Assembly (NCBI RefSeq): GCF_021869535.1 | Contig: NW_026262690.1 | Location: 36,518,001-36,582,000 of the forward strand | DNA: 64,000 nucleotides | Origin: Mytilus californianus | Taxonomy: Eukaryota | Direction: 5' to 3' | Shown: one piece after another, positions 1 through 14,212 of the stretch | How positions within the stretch are numbered: position 1 is the stretch's first letter | How the letters are laid out: each line of letters opens with the position of its first letter | Position numbers and translations under genes: made by a program | The notes under the pieces: generated by a model | The model's input: the letters and a program-made list of their open reading frames with translations, nothing else | The model's database searches: none | Told to the model about the DNA's origin: nothing

Positions 1-814
1 CTTTCTAAAATTTGGAATCGACATTCATGTGACCATGCTAAACCATGTGATGACTTTTTACATCCATCACTTGACCTATTTTACCAAATATTTATAATGG
101 TGGTATCATTAGTGAGCAATAGCTCACATTTCAACTGGTTATGCCTGAAGACATTGAGCTGACTTGTATATTGTGTATAACAATGTATTATAATGGATTT
201 TAGTCCTAATGCGCATTTTCTTGCTGATGACTTACTTTTCATGGGAATGCATTTACTGCCCTTGGACTTGTATAATTTCATGAATCTTGTACTTTTGTAG
301 ACTTTTTTTTGCTGTTCCTATATAGATATTAAGCTGATTTTAGATCTTTAGATAACAATGCCAAATTACATATCAAGTTCAAGGTTTAGATGCCATACTT
401 AACACTGAAGTAAGAAGTCTGTCCCTCAATTTGGAGGTTGGGTCATTTTAGATGTTGGGACAGATCAAAGTAATGTACCTCCTTCATTAAATATTTCAAG
501 ATTCAGAAAATGTAACATGTAGAGAGCATGAAAAAAAGGTCAAGGTCATCACATGAGTTTAAATCTTGTAAATAATATATAACTCTGTCATATCTCTACA
601 TCCAATTAAATTTGACAACATCCATTGCCTGGCCATGGGGAATTCTTGAACCCTATTTAATTTTAAGTTTAGAGGTCAGAGGTCAAGTTGATATTATGAC
701 TGATGCTTAAAAGCTTATAGGCAAATAAGAGCTCCAGTCTTGCATCAAATCTTCATTAAACAAATTTTTGAATTAGTAGTTATTGATGAAAGGTGATTGT
801 CACAATATGACTTT

Positions 815-883
815 GGTAAGGTAAGCCTCTAGGCATGGTAAGGTAAGCCTCTAGGCATGGTAAGGTAAGCCTCTAGGCATGGT
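815..883. repeat. Tandem repeat, 3 perfect copies of 22-bp GGTAAGGTAAGCCTCTAGGCAT
   Basis: Read directly: units at 815, 837 and 859. Confidence 0.95.
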
Positions 884-1220
884 GGACAGCCAGTCTTGCA
901 TCCAGTTTTCATCTTATTGGTCATTGTTAGACCTTTAACCATATTCAATTTGAAAGTTGAAACTCAAAGGTTACCTGATTGCACTGTAGAAAAAACTGCT
1001 ATCAAAATTATATGGGATTATGATTGAATGTTGTGCTAAATCATCCCATATTAAAATATTTATTTAAGCAGAAATATAAGGGAAATTTGATGCAAATGTT
1101 CTTAAGATGGTCATATGAAATGATTAAAATCGGCTACATACATTTTTACTGAAAACTAATTTTTTACTGACATACTTCATCCGGAAAGTGCTATAAGTAT
1201 GATTGTTTCATATATTTCAG

Positions 1221-1381
1221 GTTTGATAAAAGATTCAACTGGTTCCTGGATGAATGTCTTTAGGGTCAATGGATCTGTAGCCCTGTTTGGATGTTTTATG
1301 TTACTGATTATAACATTCCTAGAGAGAAGAAAACCCCTTCAAACCTCTGAGATAGAAATGGATACCACTGTAGAATTGTGA
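1221..1381 (+). CDS. Terminal coding exon of a major facilitator superfamily transporter (SLC16/MCT- or SLC17-like); upstream exons are outside the window
   Basis: Acceptor tatatttcag at 1211-1220 (phase 1), then GLIKDSTGSWMNVFRVNGSVALFGCFMLLIITFLERRK... to TGA. The G-x-x-x-D-x-TGS(W/Y) loop followed by a hydrophobic helix is typical of MFS TM11-TM12. Confidence 0.75.
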
Positions 1382-1667
1382 AAATGGTGAGCAAGATCCA
1401 AAGGAAAATTAGATGTGGAATGGTTCAACTTTGAATTTTGATTCAATGTAGAGTTTAATAATGTCAAACATTCAAGAATTTCAAATTTTCGTAAACAGTG
1501 GTAAAGAGGAACTAAATTAAGTATTTAATATTATAACAGTGCCATTTTATAGTGTATGTAAAAACCCTATTGTTATTAAACCCTATCTAACAAGTCAAAT
1601 ACATTTGATACCATCTTAATGAAATTGTATCTATAGTAACATGTGTGTTCGAAAATCATTTTACTTC

Positions 1668-2048
1668 TTTTTAGTCCCCAGTACCGACGAAGTCGAAGGG
1701 CACTTTAGGTTTGCACTCCGTCCGTCAGTCCGGCAAATCAGTTTTCCACACTTTTTTTCTTCATGCTTGAAGATATTGATTTGATATTTGGTTTATTGTT
1801 TTATCATGACAAGTTACAGATCAATTTCGAATTTTGTTCCTGTCTGATGATTTTGTGTAGCGTTATGGTCCTTGGACTTAAAAAATTCACTTAAATAATC
1901 AACACTTTTTTTCGTCAGGCTTGAAGATATTGACTTAAAATTTGCTATATAGTTTACACCATGACAAGTTATAGATCAAGTTAGAATTTTGTTCCAATGC
2001 AATGAATTTTTAACCGGTAGGGGACTGTATTGCCATAGAATGCTTGTT
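1668..2048 (+). mobile_element. Helentron-associated non-autonomous element (HINE/DINE-1-like)
   Basis: Starts in a T-run with AGTCCCC(AG)TACCG, has GTCC microsatellite and an internal duplicated core. The inverted subterminal copy CGGTAGGGGACT (~2015-2026) is followed by a short 3' palindrome and ends GCTTGTT. Confidence 0.7.
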
Positions 2049-2515
2049 GAAATTATAGTATTTTAGTGCCTTTTGTTGTGGATGTTTTGCAGAGTTTTAC
2101 AAGAGAGTAAATTTTTAATTGTAGTGCATATTAGTGCTATTTTACTTGGAAATCTACAGCTAAGGAATAAACCTCTATATATGGAATGAAAATGACTGAA
2201 TTTTTCAGAAGATATTTAAGCAACATAGAATAAATAACTTGTATTTGTTGAGCCTGTGACATTTATGTGTGAAAAAGAGACTTAGGGATCCCAGATTATT
2301 TGGTTTTGGTTCAGTCTCTGGTTAAATTTTTTTTAGGCAATTTTCTAGAGCAATATTGTGAAAATATTTATTTTCATTTTTCCATATTTGACTGATAAAT
2401 GGATTTAGATATTTTTTCAGCTTAGTTTTCATTGCTTTTAGATAGTCTAAGGTTAAAGTTTTTCAGTTATCAATAACGTTGTCAACACTTCATTGAATTT
2501 TTTTCAAATGTAGAC

Positions 2516-2673
2516 AGAAGCTTTTTTATGACCAAAAGAAGAAGCTTTTTTACGACCAAAAGACAGTAACCAGAGCAGAATTGTGAAAAATAATTTATGA
2601 TATAAAAAGTATATATGGTATCTAGGATTTTATGATATAAAAAGTATATATGGTATCTAAGATTTTATGATAT
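2516..2673. repeat. Two local tandem duplications (~24 bp x2 and ~35 bp x2.4)
   Basis: AGAAGCTTTTTTA(T/C)GACCAAAAG twice, then TTTTATGATATAAAAAGTATATATGGTATCTA(G/A)GA repeated. Confidence 0.85.
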
Positions 2674-3132
2674 ACTGTAATTAATAACCTTGGCCTAATT
2701 TTACCGAAAAATATTAAATTTTAAAAAAAATAATCATGGTATTTATTTTTTTGTATTGAGTATAAAGTTGTTCATAAAGTTTTATATTAACATTTATTTA
2801 TTCTTTTTTTTTAAGTGTTTGTTGGAATAAGACATTTAGAAAAGAGGGCATAGCATATTTTAGAGACAATTATATTCCTTTAAAATATTAATTCGTGATA
2901 GCATTAGAACAAATTTGTCATGACAATAAGAGGAAACATGATATGAAAATTATTAAAGATCTGATTGACTTTTATATCCAGAAACTCCATCATAAAGTGG
3001 CATTTAAAGGTCGAATGGACAATGTATCGTTTGATATCTAAAAGGTTATGTAGCTGAAAAAGTAGGTAATATTGTAATGTATGCATTTGCTTGAATTAAA
3101 AAACTGCCCTCAGAATAAAGAAATGAGGGCAC

Positions 3133-4010
3133 ATTGAATTTGCGCCAATTTTTACAAAATCCAATCTTTCATTTACGCCACAAGGTTATATTTCATTTGC
3201 GCCATTTTACAGGTAACATATAATGGAAAAGTTTAAATATTCATTGCTATATAAAACTGAGAGTCACTTAGGTTTAAATCTATATAGTGATCACATGTTT
3301 GAGCTAGGTGTCAAGATGGACATTGTCAATTCTGAGACAAATTAGTTTTTTTCTCAATTGGATTGTTTCATATTTTTCATGTCGGGACTGTTTCAAGCCG
3401 ACTATATGGTATGGGTTTTTCCTCATTTTTGAAGGCTGTACGGTTGCCTATAATTGATTTCATCCACTTCATTTGAACTTTGGTGGATAGTTGTCTCATT
3501 GGCAATCATACCACATATCCTTATTTTTATGTAGAAGAAATATGTCTGTAATTTTTTATGACCACAAATATTGGGTTATCCAGTGTGCATGAGTACATCC
3601 GAGCAGTTGCTTACAAGTCTTGTGTCAGAACCAACTTTTTGTTTTACTCCAGTGTATAATGCTTTCTCTTAGGTTTTATGATCTCTTTGATTTATAACAG
3701 AACTGTGTTTTAACATTATTATGAAAAGTCTCTTATGTTACAATGACTGATTACGGAGGAATATGTTTTATTATGCAATCAAAATGTGTTTTAAAGTTAT
3801 TTTTAAAAGTCTCTTTTGAATAAAACTATTTTTATACTATTTATAAATAAGAAGATGTGGTATGAGTGCCAATGTGACAATTCTATTTACCTGTATTATT
3901 GGCGCAAATGAAATGTTTTATTTTGGCGCAAATGAAATATGATTTGTGGCTCAAATGAAAGATTATTTTGGCGCAAATGAAATGCCAGTTGGCGCAAGAG
4001 CAAAGCATTG
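3133..4010. repeat. Pair of inverted blocks of TGGCGCAAATGAAA subrepeats (transposon-end-like) flanking ~670 bp
   Basis: The reverse complement of 3135-3216 (CCTGTAAAATGGCGCAAATGAAATATAACCTTGTGGCGTAAATGAAAGATT) aligns with 3887-3965. Confidence 0.6.
3340..3530 (+). mobile_element. High-copy retroelement 3' tail fragment (GTTGTCTCATTGGCAATCATACCACATCTT family)
   Basis: The same motif recurs, in either orientation, at ~3848, 24600, 28105, 39072, 42167, 45770 and 54255-54480. Confidence 0.7.
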
Positions 4011-4765
4011 AGAAATGAAAGTTTACATGAGTTGTACCCCATTTCCTACATAGAAATGGCATGTATGACATCATGGATAAAAAGAAGAAAAGAAGATATA
4101 AATATATAAAAACCTACTCAACACATTTTATTAGTTTAAACCTATTTCAACTGGATCATCACTTTCATTACTTAGTAATCTTGTATATAGGCATGATAAG
4201 AAAAAGTTGTATTATCGTTATATTTTTTCACTGAATTTTGCCATTTATGGCAAAAGGAAAAAGGTCTTTTGTAGGGCTTGATTTATTCCCTTAAAACCTA
4301 AAACAATTTGAATGGGAAATTAAGAAGCATCCTATTTTAATATGTCCAGTATTATGTTCTATGTTAAGTAAATTATCCATTGATACCTATTTTGTGTTGA
4401 CTATAACTCATAATTGACACACAGGAATATTTTTTGTAATCTTGCATCATTAGGTTTTTGTTAATCCCAAATTCTCCAACTATACTTGACCAACACTAAT
4501 CAAACATGTGCTGACTCTTTTGGAAGAATTAAGCTTACACATATCTCATTTTAATTTTTGATTTGAAAAGATAAGTTTTTCAGTCCTGTTCAGTTCAGAG
4601 GAACACACTTCTAAAATATGCAACACCCTCTAAACCACTTTGAGAAAACATCAAATTCACACAGACTCTTTTACTGGTAGTGTAATATTTTGATATTTTA
4701 TCACATTGCTTTCTGAGATACCATAACTTTAAAATGGAATTCAAAGTTATTAAGAGGTCACACAT

Positions 4766-6277
4766 CAGGGATGGGCACGATTACTGACAAATGTAATCGA
4801 TTACATGAAGGATTTTTGTGTAATCGATTAATAATCGATTACTCTGATTTTTGTATGTAATTAATTGCAATCGATTACTTTATCAAAAGTAATTACATTA
4901 CTTTTCGATTACTGTCAATTACATTTTACAAAATTACAAAAAAAATTATAAAGTAAGTTAAACACAATTATGTTGCTCAACGTTTATATAGTGGAAATTT
5001 AGAACTTTACCAAAAACAGCATTTAGAGCATTGTTTTCAAATTTTAATTTGACATTTGTTTTCTAGATGGAATCTCTTACTGAGGATCAGAAATATTCAA
5101 ACATTCTTGAAATTTTGGCTTTCAACATGAACGAGAGATGACATCGCATTGCATCAATCACTTATTTATATTGCAAGTTTGTTTTCAAAAATTTTGCTTT
5201 CATACTGACTTAGAGAAGCTTTTTTGTTTTTACTCATTAAAAACAGGTATATTTTTATTTAACATAGTTAATTGCAATATTGGAAATTTTCCTCTGAAAA
5301 AAAGTAGAATAATTAATTAGTTCAGCTAATTTCAAAGATCAAAATTTATAATTATAATGACATGCATGAATTAATCCTTTTGTTTGGATAACCACCCTAA
5401 TTACAGGTTATAAAACTGCCAATGGAGTACAATTTATAACCTGGGGCAAAATAATGTAAATCTCCCTCTTAATTAGACATAATTGAAATGAAAACAAAGT
5501 CTACATCTTATTTATTAGAAGTCTTTTATCATCTGATTAGTAAAGACAAGAATTTTGTTTAGATTTTTTTATTCTCTAATCAAATTATAAACAATATATA
5601 TTTATATTGTCAAAATGGGATACATGTATCTATTTCTCCAAAAGAATTTCAATGCATAGCCAATATTTCATTGTCGAAAGGATTTTGTGTACTTTCTTAA
5701 TTTTTATATTATAACATTATAAGGAATCAACTGATTATCTATTCTAATCTAAAATTCCAACTCTTATTTAAAATTATGCTTTAAAGAATTTGAATAAAAA
5801 TAAGCATACTACTTTAATGTAGTACAGTACTTAACTTAAGACTCATTTCTTATTTTATAAGGTCTTGAATTATTGACAAGCACATAAATCCATTTATTTT
5901 TCAAAAGCTAGATATAAAGTAAAATTTGGTAGGGATCTGGTTGATCATAATGCAGCTTGAGACAATAGATAGATATAAAGCAGTTGATAAACTCTTAAGT
6001 CATATTAATACATTCTGTTTTATCTGTACTTTAAAGTGATGAATACATACATACTTTCATTTAGAATAGGTTATATTTCATCAAACTATTTTACTAAAGT
6101 AATCGAAATGTAATCGAAAAGTAATCGATGATTACATCACAATTTTTGCTGTAATCGATTAAATTACGATTACATGTAATCGAAAATGTCTTTGATTACA
6201 GATTACTGTCGATTACTGGAAAAAATGTAATCAATTACAATCGATTATGATTACAGATTACGATTACCCCATCCCTG
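4766..6277. mobile_element. Non-autonomous hAT-type DNA transposon (1512 bp)
   Basis: Perfect 10-bp TIR CAGGGATGGG...CCCATCCCTG and 8-bp TSD TCACACAT (4758-4765 and 6278-6285). Clusters of GTAATCGATTAC subterminal repeats at both ends; no transposase ORF. Confidence 0.92.
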
Positions 6278-8782
6278 TCACACATATCTCTAATCTGCAT
6301 CTTCTTCTCTACCTCTCAATAGAATCCAGCCTATTTGCTTTTTCTTTTCAACTGACATCAAGCTGTGCATCCATTTCTTAATTTTTGGTGACATTGATTT
6401 TGGTGTTTCAATAGTCAGCAAAAGCATTTAAGACATTTATATTAAACTGAAAAGTTTCCAAGTCTAGAAAAAAATTAAAACAATTTTAGATATAGAGGTT
6501 CAAAAATTTAATATGTGTGATATTATTTTGTTAGGCTTGAAGACACTTATTGAGAACTATAGGAAGAGTTAATAGCACAGAAGAATCTGTTGAATATTTG
6601 ACTAAAGTTGCCAAGTCAGGGGTGAAATTGTATCCTTATATAGATTTTAGTTGCTACTATTTGCTGATTCATTATTGAGTCAAATGTATTCCAACCCTTA
6701 AAGAAAAACATCATTTGCAACAGTGATATCATGTGATTCTTAGGTTCTTTGTGTAGCCATTTATAAAAGAAATGATTATTTAATTCCTTATAGATATGTC
6801 AGTAAACTTCAGTAAAATGGAGATAAGAATCTCATTTCATTCATGAATATGCATTATATTAATTCATGTGATACTTGATCCTAAAGCTTTAAGGATCAAC
6901 ATAAATTTTACATTTGATTTTTATAATTTTTTGTTTATTTATATTTTTAGTTTATAACGTAACACTGTTTTTATAAATAATAATTTTTCTGTTTGTTATT
7001 CTTTCCATACATCAAATATCAGGTCTTTTTGTCTCTTTCATTATACATTTTCCTGTGTTTCCTTAATTTTTTAAATTCTAAAGTTTTTGAAAAGATAAAT
7101 GTTATAAATGATGAGAAAGAAATCATAAGACATTACAAACAGTCCAAATAATTTTTGTAAAACAGAATTTGTTGAATTTGTAATTATTCAGCATCTTATT
7201 TTTCGTATAAGGTGAAATGACTTTCTCCCAAAATTCTGTCAGCTGCAGACATTAATACATGTATATCTCTATATACAAATAGTTTTATCAGAAAATTTGT
7301 TAATTTCATGTGTTGCTTTTTGTTTTCTTAATTTTGTTGTTGTTGTTGTTAAAATGAGAAATCAATTTTTTAAACAAAATAAAAAACATATATTCAGAAA
7401 TTTGTGACTGATTTATCTTTTTGTTGTTGTAAACATGATAAATCAGTTATTTAAATAAAATAAGAAACGTTTATTCAGAAATAGGTAACTTAGCTATATA
7501 TTTAGTGTAATATGCAACCCTTGACTTTTCATTGAAAACCTACAGCCCTGAACAATCCTCAGCTTTTATAAATGCATTGACTATGTTCATTCTTACTAAA
7601 TGAACAAAAGTACATTGAACAATATATCACCACTCACAACTTGCAAATGATACAGAAAGAAGGAGCCATCTAAATATAAATATGAAGATCTCAAAATGAG
7701 GCTATTTTGGCCGATATTGAAGTTTTGCATGAATTTTAAGTAGTTTGAAGCCCTTAAAGCAAGTATGTAAGACAAATTTTAAGAATATAAAAACTGATAC
7801 CTGACAAGACTAATGTATTTGATACATCTGAAGGTTGTTATTTGAAGGATTTATAATACTTCTTGAATTTCAAATTCAAAGGGCCATAAAAGTGGCATTG
7901 TGATATACCTACTTCCCTTGTCAAATTTGTAAACATCAGATTAAACATTTTATGTTGAATTATTTAAATTTTTACCATGGAAAAAAGGCATTTTATTTAT
8001 CATTCATTTATGGTGTATACAATGGTAAAATTTTTCAATTTGCTTGTTAATTTTTATCAAGGTTACTGTACTTTCATGGCTTTGTGATAATTAATGTGTA
8101 TTTTAGAAGATTATAAAGTAGTAAATGTTTTTGATGATGCATGCAAAATATTTATACATAAAATAATTGTACGTGCCTTGTTATTGTATTTACATATTAA
8201 TGTGCAATAAAGCTGTTGTAAGTGTTTTCAAAATGCCATGCTGAAGATTTCAGAAGATACCATGCACCAATTGTTGTATTCATATTTTTAAATTCACTTG
8301 TAAGGACAATTGCTGTTTATGATAAGATATTGTTTGTAATTATATGTCAGTTGCAATGTTGCTGTTCTTACCACTAGATTGAATTAATCTGGATTATTTC
8401 CCTTTAGAGAGCATGTGCAATGTAGTTTGTTATCCTTCCTAACAGCTGTTCAACTCAAGGATTTGGGGAAACAAAAAGATATCTGTTATCCTTTTCGTCA
8501 TTTTGATATTCAGTATTAACATCCTACCAATTATTCTTTGCAACTTAAAATGAAAAAAAATACAATTTTAAAGTTTACAGAACTAAAAACAGTTATGTGT
8601 ACCTGATGAACATTTAACATGAATAATGCTTCTTTTTGCAAATATAAGAATTTCAAAAATTAACATCAACACAACAACTTTGGTATGGAAGGTTAGATAC
8701 AATTTTTTATATGTCTGTCATTAGATGTACAGGTTTCTCCTGACACATTCCTAATTTGTTATGTTCAAGTGTTTCAATGCCA

Positions 8783-10145
8783 ATTTTTATGGCCCCCTAT
8801 GACAGAAGGGGCATTATGTTTTCATGTTGGTGTGTTAGTCTCTCCCTCTTCAGGTTTTTGGCCAAGGTAGTTTACAATGAAGTTTTAGTCACACCAATTT
8901 AGTACACATGTTATCATGATGTGAACATTTTAAATTATATGACAAATTACGATTTTGACCCAAATTTCAAAGATCACTGAACCTGTAAATGTGATAGTGT
9001 GAAAACAGTACATTCTCAGGTTGAAGGTTTCACTAAGGTAGTTTACCATAAGTTGTGGTGACATCAACTTGAAATTTAGTACACATATTCATTATGATGT
9101 GATTTTTAAATATAAAAAATTTTGCGGTCGTATATTGGTATCACGTTGTCGTCGTCGTCTTCATCCGAAAACATTTGGTTTTTTAACAATAACTTTAGTA
9201 TTAATGAATAGAAATCTATGGAATTTAAACATAAGGTTTATAACCACAAAAGGAAGGTTGGGATTGATTTTATGGGTTATGGTCCCAACAGTTAAGGAAT
9301 TAGGGGACTCAAATGGGCCAAAATAAGCATTTTCTAGTTTCATGACAATAACTTGTGGAACAATGTATGGATCACTCTGAAATTATACCACAAGTTTCCA
9401 TACCCCAAAGGGATGGTTAGGATTGGCTTTTGGGGGTTATGGCTCAAACTGTTTAGGAATTAGGGGCAAAAAAGTGAGAAAAAACAAAGGTGTCCTGGTT
9501 AATGGACAATTACTGAAGTACAAATTACAGTGTAAGGGAGGTAATTCAAGCACAACTTTGAATTACCTCCCTTACACTGCTTTTAAATTATGTATACAGA
9601 TTTTTTGTATTGTCTTGAGGTGATTAGCTGTCAATTCATTTTTAGAAGTTACTATTTTAATAATTTTAAAAATACTGATTAAGGTAAATTAATTTTAGCT
9701 ATGATTATGTATGTCATTTTCTATTTTAAGACTTTTATGATGTATTTAAATGGGTTATTATGGTTGCAAACTCCATTGGAAATTTCAATTGAAATTATGA
9801 CCATGACTGAGGGGGGGACAATTTTTTTCTCCACAAGATTTCAGAAATCAAAAAGAAAATCCTTCAAATTTTTTTTTTTTTAAAAAGGGGGGTGGGAAGG
9901 TCAATTCGCAACAGCATAGTGTAATGCACAAAAGCAAAAAAATTAATATAAATTCAAATCATATAACCAATTCTTAGTTCTTTGACTACAGTTATTCTGT
10001 GTCAGAAACCTATTATGTGTAAAATATTGAATTACAATCCAAATTCAGACCTGTATCAAGTGCGAATATTGTGTCCATTTTTGCCCCAACTGTTCAGGGT
10101 TGGACCTCTGCGGTCGTATCCAGCTGCGCTCGGCGAAGCAATTTA
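8783..10145 (+). mobile_element. Nested HINE/Helentron-associated elements
   Basis: First element starts TTTTTATGGCCCC...GGGGC (hairpin). A second starts ~9110 (TTTTGCGGTCGTATATTGG, GTC microsatellite) and ends with subterminal GCGGTCGTAT plus a palindrome at ~10110-10140. Confidence 0.6.
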
Positions 10146-10805
10146 TTTTAATATAAATGCCAAATTACAGATATGTTCCTGATTCCTTTTGGTTCGCCGA
10201 ACAAGGAAAATGACAGTTGAAGCTGGACATTTGAACCCATGGACGCATATTCTTGTTTAAAATAACTTGCTTGAATAGACCAGAAATAGTGAACTACTGT
10301 CTCTGTTTGTAGTACTGTATGACCATGCACCGAGGTAGAATACATTTATTAGATTTTTGAACATTATTTTATCAAGCAGAGTTTCTCTTGCTGTGTTTTA
10401 TTGTGTGAAGCTTTGTTTTGTTATATTTTATTGTATTGTTATGATGAACCAGTAGAATCTCATTTTGTTGTTAACAAGTGCTTATTTGTTTTAGTGAATA
10501 ATAAATCATGAAAAAGTCTTACTTTATACTAAATACCGCCTCTTCCCTTGTGTCTCTTATCAACAGTTGTCTTAGGGGCTGCCATATAACAAAATTATTA
10601 TCTTTATGTTCATTATTATTTGGAAGGTAAATTATAGGAAATATCTAGTATATGAAAATGAGACAAAAATTCAAAGGCGCCAGAAATCTAGAGCATATCT
10701 ATAGGTAAACATACAGTTTTTAACAAAAGACAAATTACTATATAATACGTCAGACTTTAAATCGACTTAGTCTAGAAAATTCGTGTATAAATTCAACAGA
10801 TATTA

Positions 10806-11013
10806 CTGTGGATTCATTTATTTTCGAGGGAACCAATTTTCGTCGATTGATGGAAAATTGTATTTTCGTGGATATTTGATTTTGTGGTTTTGCCGAAATA
10901 TGCATACCAGCCTATTACAAATCTTTACTTCGTTGAACATTTAAATTCGTGGTTTACGTTTACCCACAAAATCCACGAACATTGGTGTCCCACGAATAAT
11001 AATGAATCCACAC
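10806..11013. mobile_element. MITE with ~25-bp TIRs (Tc1/mariner-like, TA target)
   Basis: CTGTGGATTCATTTATTTTCG...CGAATAATAATGAATCCACA(C). A second family member lies at ~55894-56071. Confidence 0.75.
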
Positions 11014-14000
11014 ATAAAGATCTGCCATTAACAAGAAATGCATTAAGGGACAACAAAAATAAGATATGACTGAAAACAATCACCGGGGAAGCTCCTGACG
11101 ACAGACACACGAACATACGGAATAGTTAAGATGTTTTTGAGCATTCATCTTTCCATCAGGGGAATAGTAAAATGTACATAATGATCTAGATCTATATCAC
11201 TACTATATTTATAATTGACAGTTTGTATAGGCATACACTATTACAAACCTCATTTCTTAACTATCCTGTACTATTCATAATATTATAATGAAACTATATA
11301 ATTATGTAAAACAATTCACAGGTTCCAGATTGAAGAAGGGATCAACTCACAAGTCTGTTATTCTAACGTTTGTATAATGCATGATAAAAATGTAACGTTT
11401 GTCAATTGGAATCAAACCTTGGTGGTTTATTTCTTGATTTGACAATATTTTCTCGTTCCTGATGATTTACCATGGAACAAAAGATCATTGGAATCCATCG
11501 AGAAGAGTTCCACTTTTACAGTAATATTTTTTGCATTTTTACACAAGCTTAATTTGTCATTTTATAAAAATATGATTTATGGCAACTTTCCTAGATCGTT
11601 TTGAAATTCGCTTCCTAAAAAAGTAACACCCGCTTCAATCATTTGTCTGTTAAAATAATTCCCAATATATACTAGTATCCATGCATTATTACAAAATGAT
11701 TGGTAGGATTGCTAGTATACATGTATGTACGAGAAACATATTTTATAAACTACTAAAAAAATATTTGCATGATTCTTTACAAAAACATACGATAAAATCT
11801 GAAGATTTGGATATTACAAAGAATGTTTAATGCTAAAAAAACAATCATGTTCCAGTGGGATATCCAGTGAACGAAAATTCACTCTTCTTATGATAGAGTC
11901 GAGAAAGTCAATAATAAAACAAAACCGGTAACGATACTGATCAAAAGTTATTTCTAAATAATAATTGTATATTTTAAAGAAATTATTTATTAAACTGTGT
12001 TATTAGAAATATACATGCAAATACACGATGTTTTATGTTCAGTATTTATCGAGATAATTGCTTTAGAAGCTTGTGAAACTGAAATTTAAAAACTGCCAAT
12101 CTTTGCTGCATATTGATAAAAAAAATTGGAAAAAATCATGTACATAAAAAATCGAAAGATCTTTCGGGTCATTAATTTTCTAAGTGTTCCAAAAACTCCT
12201 TAGCATGTAACAATTTCCAAAAGTATGATTATTTTTCACACCTGAGTTATCGAGCACACCGGTCTGCTCTTGTCACATGTACATTCAATAGAGAACTATT
12301 GTCTTTTCGTGAATATAAACATTTAAAGGTTTGTCTGTGCAGGTTAAAAAATTAAAGATAACTATTTTTATAAAGTATGTATCTTTCTACTATTTTGTAT
12401 ACAATTTTAAGAAAAGTTCTCGAGTTTTGTACAAGTATTTACCAGGCGGAAACCCAGTTGAAATTAAACAAAAGAAATGGAACTCTTTGTTAGAGAAGGT
12501 GAAAAAGAAAAATTGGTATATTTAATTGTTAACATCTGTTTCTATGGGCTTTAAAAGTTTAATAAAGGTGCATAAATTAGGATTTTATGCATCTTACATA
12601 CGTGTTTTTTTTACAAGAATAATAGTATGGAGCTTCGAGATATTTGTAAACTTTTAAAATTGAAAAATTTTCACAAAACAGTCGATTGTGGAAGTTGCAA
12701 ATACAGTTGGATCTTTTTTGTGCATAAGCATTAATTCCGCCGAAAAAAATTCCAAAGAAAGATAACAGATTGACCCTTTTAAAGCAGTAATTGCATCTCT
12801 TCCCCCGATGACAGTTTTTTGGAAAAAAATCCCGAAAATGGGCAATAATTTCATCAAAAAGAGAAAGTCGAGTACACCTTTTTTGTTTAGGCGTGTTTGA
12901 GTTGACTATTATGACTTCAAAACGTATAAAAGAAAAATATTTCACACATCACCTCGCTTCAGATTCTATTAATTTTATATTTTGAAGCTCTAGGTTGATA
13001 TAATAACATTAAAAATTTACAGTTCTAAAAAATAAAATATATGGGTCAAATGAAATACCTTTCCAGTGAGTCATAACAGCAGAATTGGTGTGTTCGAATA
13101 ACAAATTTTTACTAAAAGTACTTGACGACAGACTTTTCAGTTGGATCTCAAAAATGCATATCTTCAAAAAAACTTCATTTTTTGTGTGTTTTATCTAGGA
13201 TAATTAGTCTTCAACCTCTGAAAACTTTTAGTCTGCCCTTCCACGAAATATTTAATTAGAATTTTTTTTAATATTTTTGAACTTTCGAAAATTCCACCTG
13301 ACAACCGATCAGATAAAAGTTTTAAGTTGATCAGATGCATAAAAGTGCATTAAATGATGCTTAATAGCTAGTAGATACGTTTATATTTTAAAATACAACT
13401 TGCATATAAGGATCGTAAGTATGCTATGTGGATATATTTATCGGTTTTCAAGAGCTATAATGACAGCGCGTCATCACTACAATGGCTTCCATTTTTACGA
13501 TTATAAAAATTAAGTGGCGTAATGGGGAGATAATTTTGACGAAGTAGAATCCTGACTGTTTACGGTCTTCTCCATCTATTCACATTCAATGTTTACATCG
13601 AGATAAAGTATGTTTGATTTTGCTTAGTAACTTAAATTCAAAAGTGCCAATCTTTGCTGCATATCAGTCGATTCCTTTGAATTTTTTTCAATGACTTTCT
13701 CTGATTTAGCTGTATATATATATACGAATAATTAGTATGTTCCAGAGAAGTATACAGACAGAAAAAAATAATCGAAGTTGGTACTCCAGGAATTTATTCG
13801 CATAATAACATTTTAAACCAGTTTTACTGCAAACATCTTAAGCCGGCTGCACTCGTCGTTTGCTACTTAAGGAGGAAAATGATAATATTGAGTAGAAGTT
13901 TTTTTTTATTTCAATTTATTTCTATTTTTACTACTTACCAGAACGTTTTTCCGTGAATCCATAATTGATAGCGTCTTTGCTAAAATGGGACAAACATTGA

Positions 14001-14132
14001 GAAGATCTAGTTTTCAGTGTTTACAGGGGAGGTAATATTTTGTCACTAGATTTCCCACTGGTTCATATATGATCGACAGATATTAATAGAACAGATTATC
14101 ATCAATACTGAATACTTTTCTCTGATAAAAAC

Positions 14133-14212
14133 TGTGATAGGGTCATTTATATATTGAAATTATTTATTTGCAATGTACATATATTTTATTATTTATTATT
14201 TTCCATGTCCAG
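14133..14212 (+). repeat. 5' LTR remnant (first 80 bp only)
   Basis: Matches 18940-19019 with 1 mismatch, then jumps directly into gag sequence. Confidence 0.92.

Noticed and set aside
815-883. 22-bp repeats as a CRISPR-like array
   Set aside because: Head-to-tail with no spacers; eukaryotic context; no cas genes.
10170-10335. Exon-like segment with AG/GT boundaries
   Set aside because: All three frames contain stops and there is no recognisable homology.
81-13000. Numerous 60-120 aa ORFs from the track (e.g. 2904-3086, 9069-9326, 12577-12945)
   Set aside because: F/I/K/L-rich composition expected from AT-rich non-coding DNA or repeats; no motifs and no splice support.
12040-13870. Weak direct and inverted similarities and a TTAA-type end (TGCTACTTAA) suggesting a Kolobok/piggyBac-like element
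   Set aside because: Could not find a matching second terminus or TSD; too diverged to delimit.
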